Positions 63,765 through 64,000 of a stretch of 64,000 nt of DNA are shown here, piece by piece; the first letter of the stretch is position 1; the number at the start of each line of letters is the position of its first letter. The translations under genes were made by a program, and so were the position numbers. This stretch comes from Trueperaceae bacterium (GTDB lineage: Bacteria; Deinococcota; Deinococci; Deinococcales; Trueperaceae): the NCBI GenBank assembly GCA_051649365.1, contig JBOFGY010000135.1:9842-73841 (forward strand). Reading direction: 5' to 3'. Below the pieces are notes generated by a model. The model was given only the letters and a program-made list of their open reading frames with translations, ran no database searches and had not been told where the DNA came from.

Positions 63765-64000
63765 CTAAGCAGATTTAAGCTCGAGTACTGAAGCTCGTGA
63801 AGATAAGTTGATGTTGAACGAACATTTATCCGCGCGAATGTAATTCAGTCCAAGATGTAAAACGCGCTCGCCGGTGGTCAAAGCAATGCGTTCGACAAAA
63901 AGTAGTGGTATGTGCGCGGGCAACTCGAGCAACTTTGCTAACTCTTTCGTAGCACTAAGGGCTTCAAGGGTATCTGTTGCACTCAGGACAGGTAGTTGAT
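63765..64000 (-). CDS. 3' end of a GntR/HutC-type regulator gene (UTRA effector domain; 5' end outside the window)
   Basis: Minus-strand translation ...ATKELAKLLELPAHIPLLFVERIALTTGERVLHLGLNYIRADKCSFNINL...LELKSA* resembles the UTRA domain. Stop at 63765-63767. Confidence 0.45.
   Translation of the reverse strand, partial: QLPVLSATDTLEALSATKELAKLLELPAHIPLLFVERIALTTGERVLHLGLNYIRADKCSFNINLSSRASVLELKSA

Overview
This is a 64-kb chromosomal window of roughly 48-50% GC (judged by eye) from a diderm-type bacterium that I cannot place taxonomically. It holds about 60 credible protein genes, one tRNA-Arg(CCG) and one TPP riboswitch. I saw no rRNA, CRISPR array, transposase, integrase or prophage.

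Housekeeping genes:
- pth, L25/ctc and prs
- cysS and scpA
- rpmH-rnpA-yidD-yidC, then an ABC exporter, then jag (no dnaA nearby)
- pfkA, purH and asd

Accessory modules:
- ExbB-ExbD followed by a TonB-like N-terminus fused to DUF3048.
- A WYL-regulator-linked cluster (epoxide hydrolase, two VOC genes, an AlkZ/YcaQ-like glycosylase, DJ-1/PfpI) that shares a palindromic motif in three copies.
- An XPB helicase and a Bax1-like nuclease separated by a LOV-GGDEF-EAL gene.
- A minor-pilin operon led by a 764-aa PilX/ComZ-like protein, next to two Roadblock/LC7 genes.
- A carbonic anhydrase / SbtA-SbtB-like module.
- A TPP-riboswitch-controlled thiamine-binding protein.
- An AT-rich single-gene island.

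The most unusual signals are at the DNA level:
1. CTCGAG occurs about 200 times, roughly 12-fold over expectation, in all reading frames and in non-coding DNA.
2. Many intergenic spacers are built from degenerate heptanucleotide arrays that often pair with their own complement.
3. Several families of structured intergenic repeats and long nested hairpins sit at gene junctions.
4. There are gene remnants and small tandem duplications.

All functional calls come from motif and family recall. No searches were run.
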